This document shows, piece by piece, positions 36,279 to 47,273 of a stretch of DNA of 64,000 nucleotides. Source of the stretch: Marsupella aquatica (lineage: Eukaryota; Plantae; Marchantiophyta); NCBI GenBank assembly GCA_973895155.1, contig OZ316893.1, forward strand, positions 13,904,359 to 13,968,358, in the 5' to 3' direction. How positions within the stretch are numbered: position 1 is the stretch's first letter; each line of letters begins with the position of its first letter. A program made the position numbers and the translations under genes. Below the pieces are notes generated by a model, which was not told the origin of the DNA, made no database searches, and was given only the letters and a program-made list of their open reading frames with translations.

Positions 36279-36714
36279 TGTGTCCTGCACCGCAAAGTCT
36301 CAGCCCGGCTAAAGACCCGCATCTTTTAATTAACGTTTAAGACGCCCTATTGGGAAACTTTGCCATTGGGTAACTCCTGCCTTCCGAGTAGGCCCTCATA
36401 GTTTGGCACACACTGATATTTAGTGCCTCCCTACAGTAGTACACTCAATGCGAAGCAGCTCGTGTCGGTGATGTCATGCTCTCCCCTCGCCCCCTCCCCT
36501 CCCCTCCCCTCCCCTCCCCTCTCAGCAGCCAGACACCGCTCTCGAAGTGTCAAACTCGCAGCTCAGCAGGAGGCAGCCATGCAGCCCGACGCCCGAACCA
36601 GTTCCATGCCGCCCAAATCCCTGCCTCAACACGATACACGTTGCGCTCTGGCAATCCGGGATTCTCTCTCGTTCGCGTGGCAAGCGGACCAAAGCAAAAC
36701 GCGTTCACGCAGGT

Positions 36715-36782
36715 GTCTTTTAAGATAATTAAATCGGAGTTGAGGGAAGTCTTTTAAGATAATTAAATCGGAGTTGAGGGAA
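36715..36782. repeat. Perfect 34-bp tandem duplication
   Basis: GTCTTTTAAGATAATTAAATCGGAGTTGAGGGAA x2, plus a partial AAATCGGAGTT. Confidence 0.9.
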
Positions 36783-37181
36783 TCGGGGAAATCGGAGTTC
36801 AGGTCGTGAATTCGCATCACACTGCAAAATTGTATCCGTTGGCAGGAAAGCAGAGAAAGGTAGGATGGAAGGAGAATTTTTTTGAATTTGAGCGACTGAG
36901 GGGAGAGCATGAATGAATGGAGCAATGTGATGCGGCGGTCACCGCTGACGTAACCGAGATTCGACGGCCGGGGAGTTCTGTAATAATAAGTTCCTGTTGC
37001 TTGTCGTCGTTGCGCTTTGTGAATTACTTTACCCATCAATGTGCTCGAACAGTGGTTTTGTCTGAACTACTGGGCCTTAGAATTCACAGAAAAGTTGTTT
37101 GGGACCTTGATTCTTGACCTAGCTACAGGAGCTTCTGTGGTCAGCCACCCGCCCGCTGGTTGATTCCTCGCTTCCCAACCT

Positions 37182-37349
37182 TTTGCTTGCTAGCCTGAGC
37201 GAATCTGCTTTGTCACGCCTCTGATGAATCTCTTGCGTTCCGGTCTCCCCCTGAATTCATTTCCCTTTGCTTGCTAGCCTGAGCGAATCTGCCTTGTCAC
37301 GTCTCTGATGAATCTCTTGCGTTCAAGTCTCCCCCTGAATTCATTTCCC
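37182..37349. repeat. Near-perfect 84-bp tandem duplication
   Basis: TTTGCTTGCTAGCCTGAGCGAATCTGC...CTGAATTCATTTCCC x2 with about 4 substitutions. Confidence 0.9.
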
Positions 37350-37950
37350 CGTCCCCACGAAGGAGCGAGAGCTACAGTACATGTTGTAAAACTAATAAAG
37401 AAAAATTTACGGACCGTGCAGGACGGACGAACTGGACATTTGGGACCCGTCCAACGTTCCAGGTGGTGGTTCTCATTTCTCGCCTGGGTCCCGAGCCAAT
37501 CGTGGTGGAGGGATTGATTTGTAAGTGGCAGCCGCCTAGCCAGTCCCCGCGGGACTTCGATACATTGTGTGAACGGACCCGAACCTCCAGACAGACTTCC
37601 TTTCGCGGGATTCTTGCTTCAATTTGTAGGACTCTTCCACCCAGTTCGTCTCGGTCCTGTTGCGTGCTTTAGGGGACCTGCTCCGCGGGCTTACTCACCT
37701 TCTTAGGGTTCTTTCTGCGGGTAGAATTGCTCGTCTTTCCAACGCGTGCTTACGGTGGTGCCTTCAGTTTGGATCTCGTCATGCAATAACTTCTACTCTG
37801 TCAATTTTTTGCATGCCGATTTGGTATATTTGTTTCATAAGCCGTAGGTAATTTGACAGTTCGACTAGAGCTGAGAACAACAAGGTTAGAAGTTTCCAAC
37901 ATCGCACCTCGTTGTGAGCAGCAGGCAGTTCCGCCCTGTCGACAGGAACC

Positions 37951-39766
37951 ATGGCAGTCTCTATTTGCTGCCAGAGCCAAAATTCACATGTCATGGGAAG
38001 CACAAGCACAAATCTTAGCAGGATTTCTCCTTCCAGCGTTGAATCCGCTGCTCCAAGTCTCAAGTCTGCCGCTCCTCCACGAGAGACCGTGTCTAGCAAC
38101 TGCCCGCCTTCAATTGCCTTGCCAAACAAGCTGAAATTTGACGATAGCGTTGAGAGCTCCAGGTATGTTTTTCGTTCCATTTGCTTCTCGCTGTTCCGAA
38201 GCTTTTAGACTAAACACTGCTGCAATTCTGAGTCACTGAAATGTTTTTTCAGAAAGATGTCGCTGCGTTCCTCTGATTTCATCTCCCAAGTTGTCGTCCA
38301 TGTAATTCCTTGATTCTTTCATCCAATAGCAAAGATTCGAGTTTGAGGGCGTCGTAAAGTCCTTCCGTTTGTTTTGCTGGGTCAGACATCCTGATGGAAA
38401 CTTATCCTAACAGTTTTCCAGAGTGAACGGGAAGTGACCTCGGTTGTAGTCGGTATACTGTTCTCCTCGCCATGAAAGGCTGGAAGTCATAGAGAGGTAG
38501 GAAACTGACAGATATTGTCGGGACGTCTCGATATGATTTACTGGAATGTGAAGTCTCGATCTGTTCTAGAAAACTTCAACGCTTGTGATGGTGTCGTTAT
38601 GGTTGGTACGAAGCGAGCGATGGGGGACTGTTCTGAGGCGAGGGTCAGTCTGTTTACTATCTTATCCGTCCTCGTGAACAGCTGGGTCTTACATGCGCAC
38701 AGGGCCATCCCGGCAGAGCAATTTAATATCGCCTATCAGTACCTTTTACCGGATCACTGGTGTTGCTGAACTGAGAATTCTTGTTGTCGATGTCGTCACA
38801 CGGTCATGTCGAGAGATTTGCGGCAGTGGACTACCGTCCTGTAATTGCATCTTCGACAGTTTGTTCGTCTTCAGAAGGGCTCTGGTTCCAGTTTGTTACT
38901 TTGAAATGTTGTCAAATTTCGAAAGATGTCGCTCAATCTAGATCCCCGAAATCTCAGGAAATTTGAGTATTTGCCCAGTCTACGTGAGGACACTGAAATA
39001 ATTATCACAATCTCCGTTCCAAAATAATTATCACTATCTCCGTTCCGAATAATAGTTTGGTTTTCTCCTGGGAAAGAACCATAGCCTTCGATCATACAAG
39101 GAGACATAGTGAAATTTGCCTTCCTTCCCTCACGCGTCAACTCGTCTCAAAGTGAATTACTCCCACTTCTGGACAATTAACCGGACTATTTGTTGAGATT
39201 TCGCCTTGGAACCTGATTGTCCTCGTCTAACTGTACTGCTTGTACTATCCAGATGTCGCTAATTTGATCTTCTTTTACTTCCCTGCAGATTTGGACGGTG
39301 GGGAACTCTGGCTGCTGCAGTGGCTGTTAGTGTATCCCTTGCTGCAGCTCCAGCAGTTATGGCAAGGGAACGAGAGGTGTCCTCTGGTGGCATGATCACA
39401 CACTCTACTACAGGGGACCTTAGCTTAAGCATAGCTATTCCAATTCCAGATCCTGAAACATGGGTGTACTCACAGTATGGATTTTTGGCTCCTCCTCCTC
39501 GGGCTGGAGGGGAAGTCGCAGTTAATTCGAATTACCAAGGAGGCTGCCCCGCATGGCAGCCTAGCCAGTTCGAGATGATAGTCCCGGACGGTGTGCACCC
39601 CAAGCACAACCCGAGGCATGGAAGCGTGTGGCCTGCTCTCTACATGCTGGAAGAAGCAACCATTCAGTACCCTGCCTTTGATTCGGCCGATCCTACTGTA
39701 CAGTATGCCTCACTCATCGACGTGCTCGTGAGGCTGGAGGCTGGTCTGAGTTGCTTCAGTTTGTAA
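37951..39766 (+). CDS. Uncharacterised 229-aa protein, predicted plastid/thylakoid-lumen targeted. Exons 37951-38162 and 39289-39766
   Basis: ACCATGG start; AG|GTATGT donor and CTTTTACTTCCCTGCAG acceptor join two ORFs in frame (690 nt); Ser-rich MA- transit peptide followed by an Ala/Val hydrophobic stretch ending APAVMA. Confidence 0.7.
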
Positions 39767-41895
39767 AAGATTGTAGATCGTTGTGATATTCGCGGCAATT
39801 GTGTACTTGGAGGCTGTCGATGAATTTACTGTTTTTGTACCTGGACAACTCTTACAACTTACGAAAAACTTCATTTGAGCGGATTGGCACCTTGTCGAAC
39901 AGGGAGGATTCATTTCTGGGCTATATTCTTCGGTGAGGCCGAATTGGCGTCCGTTGCTACATTTCCTTTTAGTGGTTGTGACTTCTCTCGGACACATATG
40001 CAAGAGGAGAAGCCGGCAATTTTAAAAATTTGGTGAAAATACATTGGTCAATCAGATCCTTCCAGGCAAGCATTACAACAAGGGTACATCATGTTGGTGT
40101 ATTGCTGCACCTCTGTGTCCGGAGACGATGTATGTCTTTGAGGCGATTGATTGGTTCCCAATTTGTGGCTATCTTGGCACAGTTACAGAGGTGCTTGAAC
40201 TCGGAACTTTTCTGCACCGGTTAATTTGGAAGGATCTATGTAAACTTGTGGAGACTTGATTCGTTGATATTGATATGATGGATCAGGCCATTATTTGACT
40301 TCAATAGTATGCTTCTTAGTTACGAAAATTGTTGAACATGCATTTGGAGGCTGGAAAATCTACCTTAGGTACTCTGATTCTTTTGTAAAGATGTGCCGCA
40401 GGCACTTTCAGCGGCACAAGCATACAACCTGCGATTATTTTGTTTGTACTATATTCACAACATTGGATTGCCCTCGCATTCAGTGGGGAAGCTGTAGTAA
40501 TTAGTTACGAAGTAGTATATCAAGCGCTCTGGGATCCTAGTTAAGAGAGATCCTTGTTAAGAGAAGAATCATTGATTGTACATTATCTGTATATATAAAT
40601 GGATAAGTTAATGGCATCTGAATGGCAACGTTCAGATCTTTTGATATCGGTGTTACGAGAAGAGACGTTCTCTGTGGTGCAGTCACAAGTACATTTGTAA
40701 GAGCATTAGTCACAAATAGTGATAAGCTGGTGTAGTGCACATTAGAAGGAGCTTTTCTAGCGATAATGATAAGCTGGTGTAGTTCCTTCTAATGTCGAGG
40801 TAGTCTGCTTCCAAGTTTTGAATCTGTAGTTAGTGTAGTTTCTCTCTGTGACTGTTTCCCGTCTCGGCGAGAAGTGGTCAATCATAGTTTTTGGTAATCT
40901 AGTTCTGTCCTGCCGAAGAGGAGAGTTTTCTCCTTGCATTTTGAGTCGGGTGGTTGGTCTCATCGAATGTTTTTCCTCTAGGCAATTAGCCGTCTGTGAA
41001 CTCCCTAGGCTCTATTTGAATGCGTCTCTTCCGAGACGAGGTTCGAATTATGATATAACACGCACGAAATATATCTAGAGTAGATGCGTGATTCAAATGA
41101 CAAATATCCGAAGGCTGTTCCAGGATGAGCCAGCTATGTACGAACTAGGTGGCAAATAATCATAAGAAACAGATCTTCGGTTTGTTGCCAGGATCTTGGT
41201 TATTTCACCCAAATCGTCAGTAGAAATGTGTTTGACTAAACTTATGATTGTACCCGTTTTTACCATACTGTATAGGTTTTCTCCTTAGTTGAATCTCCGT
41301 ACTGGTCAGCCCTTTCTGATCAAGTCCATAGGTTTGTCATCCATAGGTTTGGTTTATCTCTATTGGGAGACGGGTCTCATTTCATTAAGTATTCTCCATT
41401 ACATGGGTATAGCAAATTAGAATATCATAAAGGTGCAGTGGGTCTGCTCAAAATGGGAATCTGAGGGAGCCTAAAAACTTCTCATCATGGTTTTTCTTCC
41501 TAGCGATGATCACTAGAAATACAACACAGGTCTGCGAGGAGAGTCAGTCTGCCTCTTTGTTTATTAAAAGCAAAAGGATCCGAAATGATTGTGACTCTTC
41601 GACACAATTCATTTCAACAATTGAGGTGACACGATGTGATCAGGCACAATCAATTTTTGACATACAAGAAAATGAAGGTCCCACACAGTACATACAAATT
41701 TGCCGACATTCTTCAGCCGATTTTGCACCTTCGACACAAAGAATTTTCAGAATGGAGTGACAGAAAGTTTGATAAGGCAGAATTAATTTTTGACAGATAA
41801 GAAAATGGAAGTCCCAGACTGTGTTCATCCTAGATTGCTGAAATTTAGCAGACAAAGTTTTCCAGTCACTCTACGATGTGTAGAGCTGGAAGTTC

Positions 41896-42843
41896 TCAGA
41901 CAAGCTCGATGAAGGCCATAGGTGCATTGTCCCCTCTTCTAGGCATAGTACGAATAATGCGAGTGTATCCTCCATTCCTCTCACCATACCTATCCGGAAC
42001 TTCAGCGAAGATGGAATGCACAAGCTGCTTATCATAGATGAATCCCAGAGCCTGACGCCGCTGGTGCAATGAACCACCTTTAGCAAGTGTGATCATGTGA
42101 TCCACATATTTCCTCATGGCCCTAGCACGGGTCTTTGTAGTTTTGATCCTTCCATGTCTCAAAAGCTCTGTAGTCAGACCCCTAAGAAGAGCCTTCCTTT
42201 GATCCGCTGGTCGTCCAAGCTTCGGCACGTGCCTTCCATGCCGCATAGCGAACCATTTTGATCCGTTTCCAACACCGAAGCTGAGAGTGCCGAATGCAGA
42301 CTCTGCACAGTGAGAGGAGACAGTCAGTGACAATTCCGAGGACATTCCACCTCAAGAGTAGCGCTGCCCTACTGAACTCCAAATCCTCCAGAAATCAGCC
42401 CTAAACCAAATTCACCAGACTTAGACTGGATCCTAAGCTGAGAAAAAAACATACGCATAAATGAAAAAGAAATCACAATTTTGAAATATTTCAAAAAAAA
42501 AGTCTCTCCGGCTAAGATCATGAAAACCTCATCGCACAGCAAACCAAGGAGGCCAATTGAGAGAAGCAGCTAACCAGCGAGAGTCACAAACAAGAGACGC
42601 ACCTCTACGCAGGGGCAGACAGCCAGAGGTCGAACGCAATCCAGACGACGATGCTCCGAAGGCCGGGATAGCTCTCAATGGGAGCACTCTGCCTCTCCCC
42701 ACCACGGCGACATTCGATGATGCGCGCACGGAACGAACACAGGATGACGATGATGAAGAAGATGAGGCAGAGAATCCACGAGTTGGGGTCGAGGTCGGCA
42801 GTGCTGCACCGAGAGCTGCTAAGCAGAACGCGCCCCCTGCCAT
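41896..42843 (-). CDS. RPL17: Plastid 50S ribosomal protein L17 (bL17c), 215 aa. Exons 42843-42603 and 42302-41896
   Basis: [37 protein letters not shown]...GGYTRII...[14 protein letters not shown]; Ser/Ala/Arg-rich transit peptide; phase-1 GT-AG intron. Confidence 0.95.
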
Positions 42844-43050
42844 AGCTCCACCTTCTGCTCGATTCTGCAGCTTTGTTGTTTATCCTCTCACCGAACATCC
42901 AACACTGAAAACGAGAAACGGAAGCTCGAATGGACAGAAACGCTTTACACCTGCTACTCGCGTGCTTACACACAAAATTTACAGTGTCACATTACTCCTT
43001 GAACCTTACAGTCATGAACTTGAAGAAGTGTAAGAGCATCCCCCAAACTT

Positions 43051-43179
43051 TTTATTTTTATTTTTAAAATTTTGAAGGGGAAACCCCACAGAAAGGGAAG
43101 AGTTAGTCACAATAGTTGAATCTAAGACCTATCATTCTCTACTCAAGTGACTTACCACAAAGTCATGCCTCTCTGGGCT
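43051..43179 (-). mobile_element. Possible decayed tRNA-derived SINE upstream of RPL17
   Basis: Minus strand: box-A-like TGACTTTGTGG, box-B-like GATTCAACT, A-rich tail; flanked by CATCCC(C/A)CAA direct repeats. Confidence 0.4.
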
Positions 43180-46100
43180 CATCCCACAAGCTCATCCCAC
43201 AAACTTTACATTGTGATGAAATGGAAGTTTAAGAGCGTCCCACAAACTTCAGAGTGTCACAATACTCCTGGAAACTTGGAGTGCCATGAGATGGAAGTGT
43301 AGGAGCATAGCGCCATTTGCCACCCACTATTTGAGTCAATAGCAAGGCGAGTGGCTCAGGCATAAATATTAAACTTCCTGTAAAACTCATCTTGACCCAG
43401 GATTCCTCGTGATGGGTGCAAATGCTCTGAGAGGTTATATACTGTAACCATGGTAACTAAGGGAACCCAACTCCTTTTGAATGAGAAAGGAGGCCACTGG
43501 AGGGACATACTTCTGGAGGAATCCATTGAAAAACTTCTACTACCACTTGACAACATGTTTACATGTCATTTTTGGAACACAAGTGTAGAATGTGCTATTT
43601 TCAGTAAATTCAAACATTTTACTTGTGTCCATCAGAGTTTTTTGCATGTCAGATGTTGTTTGTGTTCATCTGAGCATGCACTTCGTGCTTCCTGAAACCA
43701 AAGAACAGCGACTTTAGCCTAGTGACTTTAGCAGCAGTTCTGTCCATTGGACCCTCATCCCTTTTTCCAGAAAGTAGTGCAAGGACGGAACTCTAATGAT
43801 ATAACTTGAGTGAACGTTGCAGGTTGAGAACGAACAGGTGACCATTTATACAAAGTAAACCAGTCATCTACAACTATAATAAGGGATCCCGCCTTTTTTC
43901 GTCCTTCATCCCCATACAAAAAAGCTTATGGGTGGGAAAGATCCACAACCGTTGGATTTGATTAGCTGTTTTTGCTCACCATTGATGAGAGAAATGTACA
44001 CCCCTATCATGTATTTGCTTCCCGCTGCCCCATAATGCCCCCGGCCAATCCCTATGGGCCTGCCCTCCTTGCACAGTGCAAAGCACTGGCATAGGGCTCG
44101 TCTCTACATAAACAGCCACTGTCCCCCGAGGCAAAAGTTGTGTATCCAGGTTATATAATTAGTGAAAAATGTTCTTATTAAATTCAAACAGTGGTATATT
44201 TTGTCCTCCCACAGCCTGAGGAGGGTGGCGGTTTAATAACAAACCGGGGTCAACTTAGCCCAGGTCTGTCACTAAGCTGACCTGTAATAGGGGAACAATG
44301 GATTTGATTTGCAATTTCCCTCAGTTTTCGTTAACTGAAATTTTTTTTTAGAAAAAAAGAAGAATTGCAAAAAGTTGGTAGCTGCAATACGGATTAATTC
44401 ACAAGCACTTACTAATTGGTGCAAGCATTAAAATATTGTCAAATTAGTACTACACACCAGGTGCAGACAACCTTTGTGCGTTGCAATTGCTAAATGGGAG
44501 TTTTCCAAAGTGTGGAGTAGACATGTTGCATCAAAAGATGCTAAACATGTATTATTATAAAAATGATAGAAAAGTCCTAGTTTGGTATGGTGTAAGTACC
44601 ATATTTAGAATGCCCAAAGTCAAGATAAAAGACCCATATGTGGGTAGGATGGGGTAATGTTATCATGGGAGAGTTTATGGCAATAAGCTCATTTGAGAGT
44701 ATAGTGGTGCTGATGGACACGAAGGTGTCAGGAGGCACAGAGGTGCTAGTGGACACAGGGTTGTTGACACCAAAGGGTGTTAGGTCTCAAGCTACACCAG
44801 AGGGTGTATGAACCGGAATCACACCAGAGGGTGTCGGTTAAGTTAGGTCTCCCGTGAGTGGCACGTCTGCCTGCACGTCTGCAAATATCACAGGGTAGTT
44901 TGACAAGTGTGTCAAGACATGGGGTAGCAGGCCATGTAAGTAGATTCAAAATATTATTGAGACATGGGATAGCCATGTAGGGAGATTTGAAGTTAGAGTA
45001 ACTTGTGGAGATAAGATGTTCCCCCTAAACTATTTGGCTCCTCGTATAGAGATATATGAGGATAGTCTGTGTTTAGTTTCCAAGTACTAGTTGTACGTAC
45101 AATTGTGGTGTAGGTGGGCTCAAGTTCTTCAATAGATAAATTTTGAGAGAATTGAGTTTCTTTCCCTTGGTCTGCATCTAATTCATTTTGTTTTCCCGTT
45201 AATTCTATGTTGGGTGTGGGGATGAAAATTGTCTTAATTTTAGTTTCAATCTAAGAGATTTGTTTAATAGTAATACACAAAGGTGAATGTGTCATTGGTC
45301 CGCGATGTTATTCCGTTCCCTAAAATGAAGAGTGTATCAAGGTAGATTACGGGCTTTGCCCATATTAACCCCGCATTGGGTCTTGACTAGATGAGGTTAG
45401 GGGCTTTGCCCATAATCCAAACATCTGTACCATACCTTTAACATTGTTAGTTTTCTAATTCCCTTATCCTAGTCCAGTGTCTTAGAGTAAGTGTTTTCAT
45501 TTTGTCTGGTGAACATGATCCTAGGTCCGAATGGATGAGGTTTGTGGTCTTACTTCTGTACAAGTTGTAAAGGCATGCATGCTAAAAGTGTATAAAACTT
45601 TAATCAAAGTATACGATTATGGTTTTGGGTCTTAATCACTGTGTGTAAAGTCCACGTATGTTGCCAGGAATTTGTAATCCACAATGGATAGTGTCCGTGA
45701 GGTAGTACACCGGAAGGTGTAGGGATTCAATGGGATATTGGCATGTATGAAGTAGGTACATTCTCCCCCTAATGGTAGTAATGGGTGTAAACATGTTTAA
45801 CAAGGGTAAACGTCAAACCCAAGTCTATGTGCAAAGATGTAATGATAACTTTCTTGTAAGTCATTTTGGACGTGTGATAGATGCAAAGTTGCTAATGTGT
45901 ATGTATGACCTATATAAGGTCGCTTGGTTCTCTATAGGAATGGCCTAGTAACAGTTGTATAGATAAACATTCTGATGGAAATCTGGGCATAGGTCTCTTC
46001 AGTTGAAGCGGGAGTTGAAGAAGACATTATTAGCTTGGATGCTGGAAATTGAGGTTTCTTGACTAGCCGCAGGATGGGCTATGAATGTTTAGTCGTCCTA

Positions 46101-47273
46101 GATTTATGCTTTGTTCATTCTTCATTAGAGTTAACAAGAAGAATAACACATTTGAGGCATGCTTGAGGCTTCAGGAATCAAGGGATTCTTTTAATTTTGT
46201 TTATGTTCTCAAAATGAAGTGCATGTCGTGTATTTGGGAGATTCTTAGGCCAGATTCTTTGTGGTCATTTGTGCACTTGGCATATATTGTATTCACTATT
46301 AAGTTTGGTTTATGGTTGAGTGGAAATGAGTGCGCTTGTTGGAAGTTTAGAATATGAATGTGCACTTTTGTCTTGCTCTTATGAATGGAGTTCAAGGGTG
46401 AACTGGACCTACTAGCAGTATGTTCATTGCATTTAGAGGTGTTTTATGCCTTTTGTCACTTAGTTTGAATAAGTAACTTGATTTTGATCTGAGCCTTATC
46501 TTTGGATAGTTTTGAGCTTAGATTATAAAGGAAAGATTTCCTTGTCTTGTTTTGCATTCATATTGTGGTGGCACTTTCAGATGTTTAAGTGTAAATTCCC
46601 TTTGCAGGAATGAAATCCTTTGTTTTTGTTTAAGTGCATAGTGTTTTTGTAAATTTATTTTTCTTTGTATGAGTTTGCAGTTAAGGAGTTTTCACTTTCC
46701 TTTGTGTTTTCTTCGAGGGAACCAGGGGGTTGATATTCGTCGACTTTAGGCTTCCGTTGACAATTGCTCCTTGCGTTTCAGTTCTACTCCAATGAGAGTA
46801 TCATCGTGGTAACTTATGCTCCTTTGGTGCTGTTGAGCATAGACGACATTCGTAACGGCAAGCCCATGAACCATCCAACGCACAACAGTCGACACAGAGA
46901 GATATGTGGTTTACCTCCACATGAGGCTACGTCCACGGGAACACACAAGAGCTTTACTGCACTCTAGACCGACCGGCCATACCAAGCATCCACAGCACAA
47001 GCTCTCCCTATCTCTCAACTAGCTCCGTAACAATGAGCCTAAGTTCCACCAGGGTTTGGCATCAGCCCTGGCTATATGCACAACAACACTACCGCTAACA
47101 ATAGTTAATTCCTAACCCAAGTTAGCCTAACTATAGTTAGCTCATGAGTCAAAAGACTAGAGCAATATCTAACAAAAGATTAACTAAGGGTTAACTAGAA
47201 CTAAGCCGTAGCCAAATAAGAATGAGTAATCCATATACAAATAGTCACACATTACGAAATAACTCTACTTGCA

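Noticed and set aside
37222-37345. CTGATGA motifs in the 84-bp duplication as hammerhead ribozyme or C/D snoRNA
   Set aside because: No GAAA with stems II/III for a hammerhead; the C and D boxes lack a terminal stem and the second D arises only from the duplication
42557-43033. 158-aa plus-strand ORF
   Set aside because: Antisense shadow of RPL17 exon 1
44767-44834. CRISPR-like repeat-spacer array
   Set aside because: 14-bp repeats with 13-bp spacers are too short, only three units, eukaryotic context, no cas genes
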